64,000 nucleotides of DNA. Origin: Candidatus Abzuiibacterium crystallinum. GTDB lineage: Bacteria; Omnitrophota; Omnitrophia; Omnitrophales; Abzuiibacteriaceae. The stretch spans positions 6,828 through 70,827 of the forward strand of contig PCVY01000023.1 of NCBI GenBank assembly GCA_002787155.1, in the 5' to 3' direction. The position numbers and the translations under genes are program-made. Under the pieces are notes generated by a model. That model did not search any database. It worked only from the letters and a program-made list of their open reading frames with translations, and was not told the DNA's origin. Every line of letters starts with the position of its first letter. Position 1 is the stretch's first letter. Below, in pieces: positions 1 through 9,772 of this stretch.

Positions 1-728
1 TCGAGAAAGCGGCGCAGGAAAAAATCATCCAATTCAGTGCCAAGGGACAAATAGGCGAGCAGCGTGCTGTGGTGGATCAAATTTTAGTGGCGGTTGGCCG
101 CACGGTCAATGTGGAAGGGTTAGCGCTTGAGAAAGTCCGTGTGGCGTACGAAACGCGCCGCGGGGTGCAGGTGAACGATTATCTGCAAACAACAAACCCG
201 GATATCTATGCGGCCGGTGATATTTGCATGAATTGGAAATTTACGCATGCGGCTGATGCAGCGGCACGTATCGTAATCCAAAATACGCTCTTTGGCGGCA
301 AAAAAAAGTTAAGCAGTCTCACAATGCCGTGGTGTACTTATACAGATCCTGAAATTGCGCATGTCGGATTGTATGAGCATGATGCGAAGCAACGGGGCAT
401 CTCCATCACCACATTCACGCGAGAACTCAAACAAGCCGACCGGGCAGTTGCGGACGGTGAAACCGACGGATTAATTAAAGTGCATGTCAAAAAAGGGACG
501 GATCAGATTTTAGGCGCCACAATGGTCGCGCGTCATGCCGGTGAAATGATCAGCGAAGTCAGTGTTGCCATGGCCGCCAAAATGGGTTTAGGTCGATTGG
601 CAGCGGTGATCCATCCTTACCCGACCCAAGCAGAGATCATCAAGCAAATTGCCGATCAATACAACCGGACCCGCCTGACACCGGTCATTAAGACCTTATT
701 TAAGAAGTGGCTGACGTGGACTCGCTAA
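1..728 (+). CDS. Class I pyridine nucleotide-disulfide oxidoreductase (dihydrolipoamide dehydrogenase / glutathione- or mercuric-reductase-like), C-terminal part; 5' end lies outside the window
   Basis: Frame 3 is open from the window edge (EKAAQEKIIQFSAKGQ... precedes the listed ORF 69..728). It has the FAD-contact motif DIYAAGDI and the dimerisation-domain signature VIHPYPTQAEI typical of this family. Confidence 0.75.
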   Translation, partial: EKAAQEKIIQFSAKGQIGEQRAVVDQILVAVGRTVNVEGLALEKVRVAYETRRGVQVNDYLQTTNPDIYAAGDICMNWKFTHAADAAARIVIQNTLFGGKKKLSSLTMPWCTYTDPEIAHVGLYEHDAKQRGISITTFTRELKQADRAVADGETDGLIKVHVKKGTDQILGATMVARHAGEMISEVSVAMAAKMGLGRLAAVIHPYPTQAEIIKQIADQYNRTRLTPVIKTLFKKWLTWTR

Positions 729-834
729 GCGCTAAATTTCAATATCTCATTTCGAATTTCTGATTTGTTTAGGATTTTTCACCAAAGGGACGGATCGGCC
801 TTAGGCTGAAGATATTGGGATTTAGAATTTGAAA

Positions 835-1416
835 TTAGGGATATAACAACTGCTGTTTCCAGCTGCCCGCTTGACGGCTGTACAAAACACGTTCGTGCAA
901 ACGATCAGACTTGCCGTACCAAAATTCAATTCTTTCGGGGATCAACAAAAAACCAGACCAATGAGCCGGGCGGGGCACTTGCTTACCCTTGAATTTTTGC
1001 TCCACTTTTTTATATTCTGCCAACAACGTTTCGCGCGAGGTCAACGTTTTGCTTTGCTTGGATGCCCATGCGCCTAACTGGCTGCCTCTCGGCCTGGTGG
1101 CAAAATAAGCATCTGCTTCGGTGTCGCTCACACTTTCTACTTTACCTTCGGCTCGAATCTGTTGTTCCAAAGTCGGCCACCAGAAAGAAATAGCGGCGTG
1201 AGGATTTTTAAGTAATTCTGCGCCTTTGCGGCTGTTTAAATTGGTGTAAAAAACAAAACCACGCTCATCCACATGTTTTAAGAGCATCAGCCGCACGGCA
1301 GGTTTGCCTTGTTTGTCGCAGGTGGCGAGCGCCATCCCATTGGCAAGTGGTAAGCCTTTCTTTTCTGCCCGTTCGAGTGCTTTTTGGCATTCAAGAATAG
1401 GATCAAGAGTATTCAT
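835..1416 (-). CDS. pdxH: Pyridoxamine 5'-phosphate oxidase
   Basis: ORF 835..1455 (-). The sequence RLMLLKHVDERGFVFYTNLNSRKGAELLKNPHAAISFWWP...IEFWYGKSDRLHERVLY is a classic PdxH pattern. The likely start is the internal ATG giving MNTLDP (1416); the upstream MLDFFLFRFMMIH looks like read-through. Confidence 0.85.
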   Translation of the reverse strand: MNTLDPILECQKALERAEKKGLPLANGMALATCDKQGKPAVRLMLLKHVDERGFVFYTNLNSRKGAELLKNPHAAISFWWPTLEQQIRAEGKVESVSDTEADAYFATRPRGSQLGAWASKQSKTLTSRETLLAEYKKVEQKFKGKQVPRPAHWSGFLLIPERIEFWYGKSDRLHERVLYSRQAGSWKQQLLYP

Positions 1417-1665
1417 GTGTATCATCATAAATCGAAATAGAAAGAAGTCAAGCAACTCTACCCCTCTTTGCTAGGGTGTTGTTTCTACAGTATTTGTTAT
1501 TTGTAGAACAATATGGTTGGGTTTTTAATTAATCTTTTAGAAAAATCCGCTAAGTTGATTTTTGAAATTGACTTATCAAATTAACTTTGCTAGTCTTCAA
1601 TCCCATTGGTTTTTATGACCATCACACTACCGATTTAACGGCATCATTTCATCAGGAGGAATGAT

Positions 1666-2901
1666 ATGCACTCTATTAACACAGGCGATACTGCATGGGT
1701 CATGATTTCATCTGGGTTGGTTCTACTCATGACACCAGGACTTGCTTTTTTCTACGGTGGATTAGTCCGCCGCAAGAATTTTCTTTCCGTTTTAATGCAA
1801 TGTTTCATGATGATTTGTTTGATTACATTGCAATGGATCTTAATCGGTTATAGTTTGTCTTTCGGTCCTGATATCAAAGGATTCATTGGTAACTTAGATT
1901 GGTTTGGATTAAAAAACGTCGGTTTGGAGCCGTCTGCTCAATACGGCACAACGATTCCGCATATTGTTTTCATGATTTTTCAGGGCATGTTTGCCATCAT
2001 CACACCTGCTTTGATTTTGGGCGCTTTTGCGGAACGGATGAAATTTTCCGCCTTTTGTATTTTTTCGGTTCTTTGGGCAACTTTTGTTTACAATCCCATT
2101 TGTCATTGGGTATGGGGTGGCGGATTTCTGGGTGCGGATGGCGCGCTTGATTTTGCCGGCGGTACGGTGGTGCACATTAATGCGGGTGTCGCCGCTTTGG
2201 CGGCGGCGCTGGTACTTGGTAAGCGCAAGGGATATCCTCATAATGTTTCACCTCCGCACAACCTACCTTTTGCGGTTTTAGGTGCAGGACTTTTATGGTT
2301 TGGCTGGTTTGGTTTTAATGCGGGCAGTGCTTTGGCTGCTGATGGGATTGCGGGCAATGCTTTTGTAACGACGCATGTTTCTGCAGCAGCTGCGGGATTA
2401 ACTTGGTCAGTGCTGGATTGGAAATACAATGCCCGCCCAACGATGTTGGGTATGATCACAGGCGCCGTAGCGGGTTTGGTGGCCATTACACCTGCGGCAG
2501 GTTTTGTCGGTCCGTTGGATGCTATCTGGATCGGCGTCGGCTCGGCCATTGTTTGCTACATAGCGGTGGCTGTCATTAAAACAAAATTAGGCTACGATGA
2601 TTCATTGGATGCTTTTGGTGTGCACGGAGTTGGTGGTATATGGGGCGCCTTGGCAACCGGCTTGTGGGCTCATACGGCTGTGAATGCCAATGGTGCAGAT
2701 GGACTTTTTTACGGCAATCCGGAACTCGTGCAAATTCAATTAAAAGCAGTTATCGTCACCGTCATTTATTCTTTTGTCGTGAGCTTCGTTTTACTGAAAG
2801 CAATTGATATGGTGTTAGGTGTGCGTGTGAAAGACGAAGATGAACGTATCGGGCTTGATTTAACACAGCACCGCGAATCCAGCTACACCATGTTGGAATA
2901 A
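1666..2901 (+). CDS. amtB: Ammonium transporter (Amt family)
   Basis: 411 aa and polytopic. The N-terminus DTAWVMISSGLVLLMTPGLAFFYGGLVRRKN and the segment DFAGGTVVHINAGVAALAAALVLGKR are Amt signatures. A strong SD (AGGAGG) precedes the ATG, and a P-II gene follows. Confidence 0.92.
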   Translation: MHSINTGDTAWVMISSGLVLLMTPGLAFFYGGLVRRKNFLSVLMQCFMMICLITLQWILIGYSLSFGPDIKGFIGNLDWFGLKNVGLEPSAQYGTTIPHIVFMIFQGMFAIITPALILGAFAERMKFSAFCIFSVLWATFVYNPICHWVWGGGFLGADGALDFAGGTVVHINAGVAALAAALVLGKRKGYPHNVSPPHNLPFAVLGAGLLWFGWFGFNAGSALAADGIAGNAFVTTHVSAAAAGLTWSVLDWKYNARPTMLGMITGAVAGLVAITPAAGFVGPLDAIWIGVGSAIVCYIAVAVIKTKLGYDDSLDAFGVHGVGGIWGALATGLWAHTAVNANGADGLFYGNPELVQIQLKAVIVTVIYSFVVSFVLLKAIDMVLGVRVKDEDERIGLDLTQHRESSYTMLE

Positions 2902-2958
2902 AAAGCATGAGCAAATAATGGAATCCAAGAGTCTTTTCATCAAAGAAGGAGAATTATC

Positions 2959-3300
2959 ATGAAATATGTGATTGGCATTATTCAGCCCGATCGTTTGGAT
3001 GATGTGCTTGAGTGCTTGAACGAACGCGGCATCCATCTTGTGACGGTTACACCTGTTTTGGGGCGTGGACGGCAAAAAGGGGTTTCAGAAATCTATCGCA
3101 GCCATAAAGAAATGGGCGGCTTGCTTCGGAAAGTCAAAGTGGAAGTGGCTGTGAATGATGAATTTGTGGAACCTACGGTTGAGTGCATTGCCGGCGCCGG
3201 ACGGACGGGTAACATCGGTGACGGGAAAATTTTTATTCTCGATCTTCAAGAATGCATTCGCATTCGCACGGGTGAACGCAACGCGATCGCCATCGGTTAG
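2959..3300 (+). CDS. glnK: Nitrogen regulatory protein P-II
   Basis: 113 aa. MKYVIGIIQPDRLDDVLECL...GDGKIFILDLQECIRIRTGE is a P-II fold signature. It lies immediately downstream of amtB in the canonical amtB-glnK pairing. An SD (AAGGAG) precedes the start. Confidence 0.9.
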   Translation: MKYVIGIIQPDRLDDVLECLNERGIHLVTVTPVLGRGRQKGVSEIYRSHKEMGGLLRKVKVEVAVNDEFVEPTVECIAGAGRTGNIGDGKIFILDLQECIRIRTGERNAIAIG

Positions 3301-3311
3301 TTTTTTTCAGG

Positions 3312-3364
3312 TCGGTCCTAAAAAGACCAGTTTTTCATCTGACTGTATCTTATTTTAGGACCGA
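3312..3364 (+). terminator. Stem-loop after glnK; possible terminator or mRNA 3' stabiliser
   Basis: A perfect 12-bp inverted repeat, TCGGTCCTAAAA (3312-3323) / TTTTAGGACCGA (3353-3364), starts 12 nt after the glnK stop. A T-run lies on the 5' side only, so this is not a textbook intrinsic terminator. Confidence 0.35.
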
Positions 3365-3374
3365 TCCCCGCTAG

Positions 3375-3403
3375 TTGACAAACATCCTTCCCGGTATTAT
3401 GAT
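3375..3403 (+). promoter_or_regulatory. Sigma70-like promoter for the trehalose operon
   Basis: TTGACA (3375-3380), a 17-nt spacer, then TATGAT (3398-3403), about 50 nt upstream of the otsA ATG. Confidence 0.4.
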
Positions 3404-3452
3404 AAAAAACCATTTCAAAATAACTTACACCTAATTTTTATCTGTTAACCAT

Positions 3453-4937
3453 ATGTGGACAAAAGAACGCCTTCAAGAAATTATCGCTACTAAAATGTCC
3501 GACTATACACTGGTGGTTGTCTCGAATCGCCAGCCCTATAGTCATGTCTTAAAATCAGGCAAAGTAATTTGCCAAAGGCAGCCCGGCGGTTTGGTCACCG
3601 CTCTCAATCCCGTTTTACAAGCCACACAAGGTCTCTGGATCGGGGTTGGTATGAGTCCTTACGATCAGCAGGTGCTTGATGCAAGCGGTAAAGTTCGGGT
3701 ACCGCCTCAGGGTGATAATGGTTATTGGTTACGGCGGCTTTTTTTAAGTAAGGAAGACATGGACGGTTATTATTATGGTTATTCAAACGAAGGATTATGG
3801 CCGCTGGCACACATTGCTTACACACGGCCTAACTTTATCGAGTCTGATTGGCAGGCATACCAAAAAGTCAATCGCATGTTTGCGGATGCAATCTTGCAGG
3901 AAGTTGGGGACCGCAATGCCTTTGTGTGGGTTCAGGATTTTCATTTAACCTTGGTGGCTAAATATTTGCGCGAAGCCAACAAACCCAACATTGTCACATC
4001 ACTTTTTTGGCATATTCCTTGGCCCAATTCGGAAGTTTTTCGCATTTGCCCGCAAAAGAATGAAATCCTGGAAGGTTTGTTGGCTTATGATATGCTGGGT
4101 TTTCATATCCGTTACCATTGCGACAATTTTTTTGCTTCCGTAAACCGCGAACTCGAATGCCGCATTGATTACGAACGGCGTTCGGTCAGTATTCAAAATC
4201 ATGAAACCTTGGTGCGTCAATTTCCGATTTCGGTAGATGCGACGTACATTTCCCAAGAGGTGGAGCAGCCGGAGACGGTTGAAAGATGCAACCATTTGAG
4301 AGATCATTTTAACATTGGCGACCGCAAAATTATTTTAGGGATTGATCGCATTGATTACACCAAAGGCATTCCGGAAAAATTAAAAGCACTCAACCGATTC
4401 CTTGAAAAACACCCGGAGCAAAAAGGACAGTTTAGTTTCTTGCAATTGGGGCAAATCAGCCGTATTCATATTCCGCGTTACAAACAACTCAATGATGAAA
4501 TTAACGCCTTGGTAGAAGAGATTAACTGGAAACACTCTGAAGGTACCTGGCAGCCTATTATTTTAGACCGTTCCTACATTGATCAGGCCGACATCAATGC
4601 GCTTTATCGGATGTCGGATGTTTGTGTGGTGAGTTCGCTTCATGACGGCATGAATTTGGTGGCGAAAGAATTTGTGGCTTGCCGTCCCGATTTGAACGGG
4701 GTGTTGTTGCTCTCAGAGTTTACCGGTGCCGCGCGGGAATTAACGGATGCCGTTGTTTTTAATCCTTACGACACGGAATCATTTGCAGATGCTTTGCAAA
4801 TGGCTTTGACCATGCCGCTTGAAGAACAGGAACGCCGGATGCGGCGGATGCGGGAAATCGTTTTTCATAACAATATTTACCGCTGGGCAGGGAAAGTCCT
4901 TTCACAACTTTTAAAATTTGAGTTTCAAGAAATATAA
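3453..4937 (+). CDS. otsA: Alpha,alpha-trehalose-phosphate synthase (GT20)
   Basis: 494 aa. The sequence VVSNRQPY...GGLVTAL...[16 protein letters not shown]...VWVQDFHL...[10 protein letters not shown]...[14 protein letters not shown] is the GT20 OtsA motif series. Confidence 0.88.
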   Translation: MWTKERLQEIIATKMSDYTLVVVSNRQPYSHVLKSGKVICQRQPGGLVTALNPVLQATQGLWIGVGMSPYDQQVLDASGKVRVPPQGDNGYWLRRLFLSKEDMDGYYYGYSNEGLWPLAHIAYTRPNFIESDWQAYQKVNRMFADAILQEVGDRNAFVWVQDFHLTLVAKYLREANKPNIVTSLFWHIPWPNSEVFRICPQKNEILEGLLAYDMLGFHIRYHCDNFFASVNRELECRIDYERRSVSIQNHETLVRQFPISVDATYISQEVEQPETVERCNHLRDHFNIGDRKIILGIDRIDYTKGIPEKLKALNRFLEKHPEQKGQFSFLQLGQISRIHIPRYKQLNDEINALVEEINWKHSEGTWQPIILDRSYIDQADINALYRMSDVCVVSSLHDGMNLVAKEFVACRPDLNGVLLLSEFTGAARELTDAVVFNPYDTESFADALQMALTMPLEEQERRMRRMREIVFHNNIYRWAGKVLSQLLKFEFQEI

Positions 4938-5746
4938 TGATGAAGCGTCTCAAGCATGAGTGGCAGACGCTATCCAAAAGACTTCAAACCGTTAATCTCG
5001 CCCTTTTCCTTGATTATGACGGCACGTTAACACCGATTGTTCGTCATCCGCGTCTGGCCAAACTTTCGAACCAACATCGGCAGATTTTACGCCGTTTGAA
5101 TCGTTGTCCTCATATTTGGATGGCCATTGTCAGCGGCCGAGAACTGAAGGAAGTGAAGCGTTTTGTCCGCATCCCTTCCATGACCTATGCCGGCAATCAC
5201 GGTTTCCAAGTCTCGGGACCTGGTCTACACTTGGTTCATCCGCAAGCTAAAAAAAGTGCCCGTTTATTTCAAAAATTGTTGCCGGCTTTACGCGCTGAGC
5301 TCAAAACCATTTCCGGTTTGTGGGTGGAAAACAAGCAATTAACTTTGAGCATTCACTACAGACAGGTGCGAGCCCGGGATGTTGCCAGAGCCAAACAGAC
5401 GCTCCAGAAGATTTTAAAGCCCTTTTTACGTCAAAGACGACTCAAAATGACTGAAGGAAAAAAAGTGTGGGAGCTCAGGCCGCCGGTGACATGGCATAAG
5501 GGCGAAGCCGTGAAATGGCTTTTGCGTCAAAAGCAATCCAAAAGCAAACGGCCTTGGCTGCCGATTTTTATAGGGGATGATGTGACGGATGAAGATGCTT
5601 TTAAGGCAGTGAAAGGGCATGGCATCGGGGTCAAAGTAGTATATAATTTAAAGAGAAAGCCGGTCAGGAGCCAAGCTTCCTATGGTGTCGCATCCGTACG
5701 AGAAGTATTTTGGTTTCTGCAGGTTCTACAGCAATTGAGGGGTTAA
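4937..5746 (+). CDS. otsB: Trehalose-6-phosphate phosphatase (HAD superfamily)
   Basis: 269 aa. It has HAD motif I LFLDYDGTLTPIV, then VSGR, then GDDVTDEDAF. The start overlaps the otsA stop (TAATGATG), which suggests translational coupling. Confidence 0.82.
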   Translation: MMKRLKHEWQTLSKRLQTVNLALFLDYDGTLTPIVRHPRLAKLSNQHRQILRRLNRCPHIWMAIVSGRELKEVKRFVRIPSMTYAGNHGFQVSGPGLHLVHPQAKKSARLFQKLLPALRAELKTISGLWVENKQLTLSIHYRQVRARDVARAKQTLQKILKPFLRQRRLKMTEGKKVWELRPPVTWHKGEAVKWLLRQKQSKSKRPWLPIFIGDDVTDEDAFKAVKGHGIGVKVVYNLKRKPVRSQASYGVASVREVFWFLQVLQQLRG

Positions 5747-5755
5747 CAATTCTTC

Positions 5756-6433
5756 ATGGGAAGTGACAAACGGCATCGCATTGAAAAACCATTTCGCTTT
5801 TATAGCCGTGTCCACCTCCTCGAATTAACCGGTCTTAAAGTTTCTAATCTTGAAGGGCTTTTGGAGCATATCAAAACCATTGATGGCGCTTCTATTTATC
5901 ATCACACACACCATTTTCTGCAACAACACCAATTTTCCTCACCGGAACCGCCTAATGACTTTGCTTTTTGGGTGACCAAAGCTTTAAATGATAAACGTTT
6001 GGGAGAAAAGCTGGCCGCAATTAACATATGCGAATTTGGTTCCATTAATACTTTACGGCAATCGATTGTCCATACGCTTGAAACTTACCTAAAGGCACAT
6101 CCGGAGGCAGCCAATCGCAGCGTCGTGGAGGGAGATGAATTTTATTTTCTAAAATCGGTTAGTTTTGTTTTTCCGCTGCCTTATGAAGTACAGTCGCTTG
6201 AAGCTTTTGCGGAAGTCATTCGAAAGATTACGATTCATTCCATTTACTTTCACATGTTTGAAGCACGCCTCAGGATGGCGAAAGGCACCAATGACTTTTC
6301 TTACTGGCTGGAAACGGCTGCTTGGGAAGGTGAGTTGGCCAAGCAAATTGCCCGATTAGACCCTTATACGTTTACGATGGAATCACTGAGAAAAAAAATC
6401 ATCGAGTTAATCGAGAAACGAATCAACTTATGA
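5756..6433 (+). CDS. Conserved hypothetical protein inside the trehalose cluster (possibly the DUF5752-type family often found next to TreT-like glycosyltransferases; from memory only)
   Basis: A 225-aa ORF packed tightly between otsB and the GT4 gene, with a 4-nt ATGA overlap with the downstream gene. I recognise no catalytic motif. Confidence 0.5.
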   Translation: MGSDKRHRIEKPFRFYSRVHLLELTGLKVSNLEGLLEHIKTIDGASIYHHTHHFLQQHQFSSPEPPNDFAFWVTKALNDKRLGEKLAAINICEFGSINTLRQSIVHTLETYLKAHPEAANRSVVEGDEFYFLKSVSFVFPLPYEVQSLEAFAEVIRKITIHSIYFHMFEARLRMAKGTNDFSYWLETAAWEGELAKQIARLDPYTFTMESLRKKIIELIEKRINL

Positions 6434-7662
6434 GCGTCAAAACTTTTCATTTGAAGGATTACGAAAAAATTGTCGGACATCAAGTGGTCGAAGAGCTTTA
6501 CTTGATTGGCGAAAGAACCAAAGGCTTAAAAATCCGCAATGTCAATTCCACGGCGGTGGGCGGAGGTGTGGCAGAGATTCTGACGCGCATGATTCCACTG
6601 TTAAAAGATGTCGGCGTGGATGCTTCGTGGGATGTCATTAAGGGCAACGCGCGGTTTTATCAGGCCACCAAACGATTTCATAACGCTTTACACGGCAATG
6701 CAGCCGATTTATCCGAAGAGGATTTCGATGCTTTCTTGGCAACCAGCGAGGAAAACGGCAAAGCCATGGACATGTCCGGAGACGTGCTTTTTATCCACGA
6801 TCCTCAACCAATTACTTTAATCGAACAAAAAAGCCGCCAAAAAGGCAAATGGGTTTGGCGGTGCCATGTGGATGTTTCCAATCCCGATCAACGTGTCTGG
6901 GATTTTCTAAGACGTTACATGGATCAATATGACGCCACAGTTTTCTCGGCGCCCATGTTCAGCCGCTCGCTGCCCAACCGCCAATTTTTGATTGCGCCTT
7001 CCATTGATCCGTTGGCCGAAAAGAATAAGGAACTCTCTGAGAAGACCATTCAATCCGTTTTAGATAAATACAAGCTTGATCTCTCCAAACCCATGGTGAC
7101 TCAGGTGTCGCGGTTTGATTATTTAAAAGATCCGATTGGGGTGATTGAGGCTGTTGAAATGGTGCAGCGTTATGTGGATTGCCAATTGGTTTTGGTGGGC
7201 GGGGAAGCCGCGGATGATCCTGAAAGTACCGAAGTGTTGGCAAAGGTGAGAGAGCGGGCACAGAAAAACCCTGATGTGCATGTGCTGGCCATTCCCTCGG
7301 GAAGTGATGTTGAGATTAATGCGCTTCAGCGCGCTTCCGCGGTGGTGGTTCAAAAGTCCATCAAAGAGGGTTTTGGCCTGACGGTTTCGGAGGCGCTTTG
7401 GAAGGCGAAACCGGTTGTGGCTTCGGCGGTCGGAGGCATTACACTTCAAATTACACATCAGTATTCGGGGCTCTTATGTCATAGCGTGGAAGGGGCAGCT
7501 CATCAGATTAAACAATTACTGCAAAATCCAAAATTTGCCGAAAAGCTGGGTAAAAACGGCCAAGAACATGTGAAGCAGAATTTCTTGTTAACCCGTCATC
7601 TGCGCGACTATCTGCTGTTGTTCCTTGCTTTAACCCATGACGGGGACGTAGTGCACTTGTAA
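6430..7662 (+). CDS. GT4 glycosyltransferase, trehalose glycosyltransferring synthase (TreT)-like
   Basis: 410 aa. The N-terminus VNSTAVGGGVAEILTRMIPLLKDVGVDASWDVIKGNARFYQATKRFHNALHG resembles TreT-type enzymes. The C-terminal EGFGLTVSEALWKAKPVVAS is the GT-B / GT4 E-x7-E region. Confidence 0.65.
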   Translation: MSVKTFHLKDYEKIVGHQVVEELYLIGERTKGLKIRNVNSTAVGGGVAEILTRMIPLLKDVGVDASWDVIKGNARFYQATKRFHNALHGNAADLSEEDFDAFLATSEENGKAMDMSGDVLFIHDPQPITLIEQKSRQKGKWVWRCHVDVSNPDQRVWDFLRRYMDQYDATVFSAPMFSRSLPNRQFLIAPSIDPLAEKNKELSEKTIQSVLDKYKLDLSKPMVTQVSRFDYLKDPIGVIEAVEMVQRYVDCQLVLVGGEAADDPESTEVLAKVRERAQKNPDVHVLAIPSGSDVEINALQRASAVVVQKSIKEGFGLTVSEALWKAKPVVASAVGGITLQITHQYSGLLCHSVEGAAHQIKQLLQNPKFAEKLGKNGQEHVKQNFLLTRHLRDYLLLFLALTHDGDVVHL

Positions 7663-7688
7663 ATTATCTTGAGGAAGAGAATCATTTC

Positions 7689-9716
7689 ATGAAAAACGGT
7701 TTTCAGCAGCGGTTGACTCAATTTTTTCCGACAGAGCGCATTATTTTCCCAACCTTATTGGCTACTTTGGTCGGCATTTCTATTGGTTTTGCGGTTGTGT
7801 TTTTTATTAAAACCATTGATCTAAGTGAATATCTTTTCTTTGGAGCAGGTCGAGGAAAACTGGGTCTGTTGGGACCTTATGCGGTGGTATTTATTCCTGC
7901 TTTAGGCGGTCTTTTAGTCGGGTTATTGGTGACGTTAGGTGCCAAGCAAGCCGGCGGTCATGGTGTGCCGGAGGTGATTAAAGCCATTGCCCTTAAGGGC
8001 GGAAAAATTCCTATTTTTTCTGTTTTGATTAAACTCATTGCTTCCGCTATTTCAATTGGTTCAGGCGCGTCTGTTGGCCGTGAAGGTCCTGCGGTTCATA
8101 TCGGCTCAGGCATTGCTTCATTTACCGCACGCATTTTTAAACAAAGTGAAGCACGCATCAAAAATTACGTCGCCTGCGGTGCGGCAGCCGGTATTTCGGC
8201 CGTTTTTAACGCACCCATTACGGGTGTGATGTTTGCTTCTGAAATTGTCATTCGCGACTTTGGTGCACGCGCGCTCAGCACAGTCGTGATTGCTTCGGTG
8301 TCTGCCAGTACGATCAGCCGTATGTTTTTGGGGCACTCACCGGCATTTACCGTTCCCGTTTATAGTGTCTGGCATCCTTTGGAACTAATTCTTTATTTTA
8401 CGTTGGGTATTTTATCTGCTTTTGTATCACTGTTCATGATTAGTTCGTTGGACCGTTTGGAGCGCGGATTTGAATCTTATCAAGTGCCGGCATGGTTAAA
8501 ACCGGCCGTGGGCGGTTTTATTGTCGGGTGTATCGGGCTTTACTATCCGCAAGTGTTCGGCATGGGTTTTCATTCCATTGAAGGCATGCTAAACGGTGCT
8601 TTGGGTTCGGTCATGCTGCTTTTAGCGCTGGTTTTCATGAAAGCCGTGGCAACCAATGTTTCCATTAGTTCGGGAAGTTCAGGCGGTGTTTTTGCTCCGG
8701 CACTTTTCATCGGAGCCGCGTTAGGCGGTGTCGTGGGAAAATTGTTTTATAACCATTTACCGTTTCCCGTGGCGCCTCCCGGTGCTTATGCTTTAGTAGG
8801 CATGGCGAGTGTGTTTGCGGGCGCTTTTCATGCTCCGGTGACGGCGATTTTGCTCGTGTTTGAAATGACGGGCGACTACCGAATGATATTGCCGATCATG
8901 ATTGCGGTAGTGGCTTCGACATCCATTTCACAGTTATTCAGCCGCGACTCGATCGATACAATCAGTTTAAGGCGGAGCGGCATTGACCCTGGTTTTTTTG
9001 AAGAAGTGAAGGTGCTCGGCGCTTTGCAGGTACGGGATGCGATGACAGCTCAATTTGCCACCGTTCACCGAGACTTGCCCGGAAAGTTGCTGCTCGACAA
9101 AATGGCGAAAGAAAAAGATAAAAGTATTTTTGTTGTGAATGACCAAGAGCAATTGGTAGGACTCATCAAACCCGAAGAGGTGCAAAAAGCGCTTTTTGGG
9201 GAAGACATGACGGCGATTGTGGCAGATGACCTTATGTATCCGTTGGAGGAGCATTGTTTTGAGGATGAACCGCTTAGCGAAGTAGCGCATTTTATGATGG
9301 AACGGCACATCACGCAAATGTCCGTCATGGATTCGGTTGATCCCAAAAAAGTGGTGGGGGTCATCAAAAGCGAAGACATTTTTCATGCTTACACGGAGGT
9401 AACCGAAAAACGTTCCAGTCTCCTTAGCCGGATGGAGCACGAAAGCAGTCATGCCAGCGGGATGGTTCAGATTCGCTTTGTCATTTCACCCCGCTCGACA
9501 GTCACCGGAAAACCCATTAAAGAAATTAATTTACCGGACGGCATTGTCCTGACCTCGATCAAACGCCGGCAAGCTGTTTTAATTCCCGAAGGCAACACGA
9601 TTTTGAAAGCCCGCGACAAAATTTGGGCTGTCATGATCCCGTCTCAGGAAGAAGTATTTCGCAGTTGGCTGAAAGATGCTCAGTTAGCGCCTTTTACTTT
9701 TGATGCGGCTTATTAA
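7689..9716 (+). CDS. ClC family chloride channel / H+-Cl- antiporter with a C-terminal CBS pair and a TrkA-C (RCK_C)-like domain
   Basis: 675 aa. ClC selectivity motifs are present: GHGVPEV, GREGPAVHIGSG, GVFAPALFIGA. A cytosolic tail follows, with CBS-like segments and a final beta-rich domain (VISPRSTVTGKPIKEINLPDGIVLTSIKR). Confidence 0.85.
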   Translation: MKNGFQQRLTQFFPTERIIFPTLLATLVGISIGFAVVFFIKTIDLSEYLFFGAGRGKLGLLGPYAVVFIPALGGLLVGLLVTLGAKQAGGHGVPEVIKAIALKGGKIPIFSVLIKLIASAISIGSGASVGREGPAVHIGSGIASFTARIFKQSEARIKNYVACGAAAGISAVFNAPITGVMFASEIVIRDFGARALSTVVIASVSASTISRMFLGHSPAFTVPVYSVWHPLELILYFTLGILSAFVSLFMISSLDRLERGFESYQVPAWLKPAVGGFIVGCIGLYYPQVFGMGFHSIEGMLNGALGSVMLLLALVFMKAVATNVSISSGSSGGVFAPALFIGAALGGVVGKLFYNHLPFPVAPPGAYALVGMASVFAGAFHAPVTAILLVFEMTGDYRMILPIMIAVVASTSISQLFSRDSIDTISLRRSGIDPGFFEEVKVLGALQVRDAMTAQFATVHRDLPGKLLLDKMAKEKDKSIFVVNDQEQLVGLIKPEEVQKALFGEDMTAIVADDLMYPLEEHCFEDEPLSEVAHFMMERHITQMSVMDSVDPKKVVGVIKSEDIFHAYTEVTEKRSSLLSRMEHESSHASGMVQIRFVISPRSTVTGKPIKEINLPDGIVLTSIKRRQAVLIPEGNTILKARDKIWAVMIPSQEEVFRSWLKDAQLAPFTFDAAY

Positions 9717-9772
9717 CGGGAGACAATCCTGGCCTCTGAAAGTTCCACTTCACAGCAGTCGATAATTGACAT

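Noticed and set aside
1899-2549. Short ORFs nested in amtB (1899..2150, 1909..2241-, 2084..2281, 2238..2549-), and similar ones nested in otsA, treT-like, clc, gspE, gspF, pilMN, the secretin and GT2.
   Set aside because: All lie inside longer ORFs with strong family signatures, and none has independent motif support.
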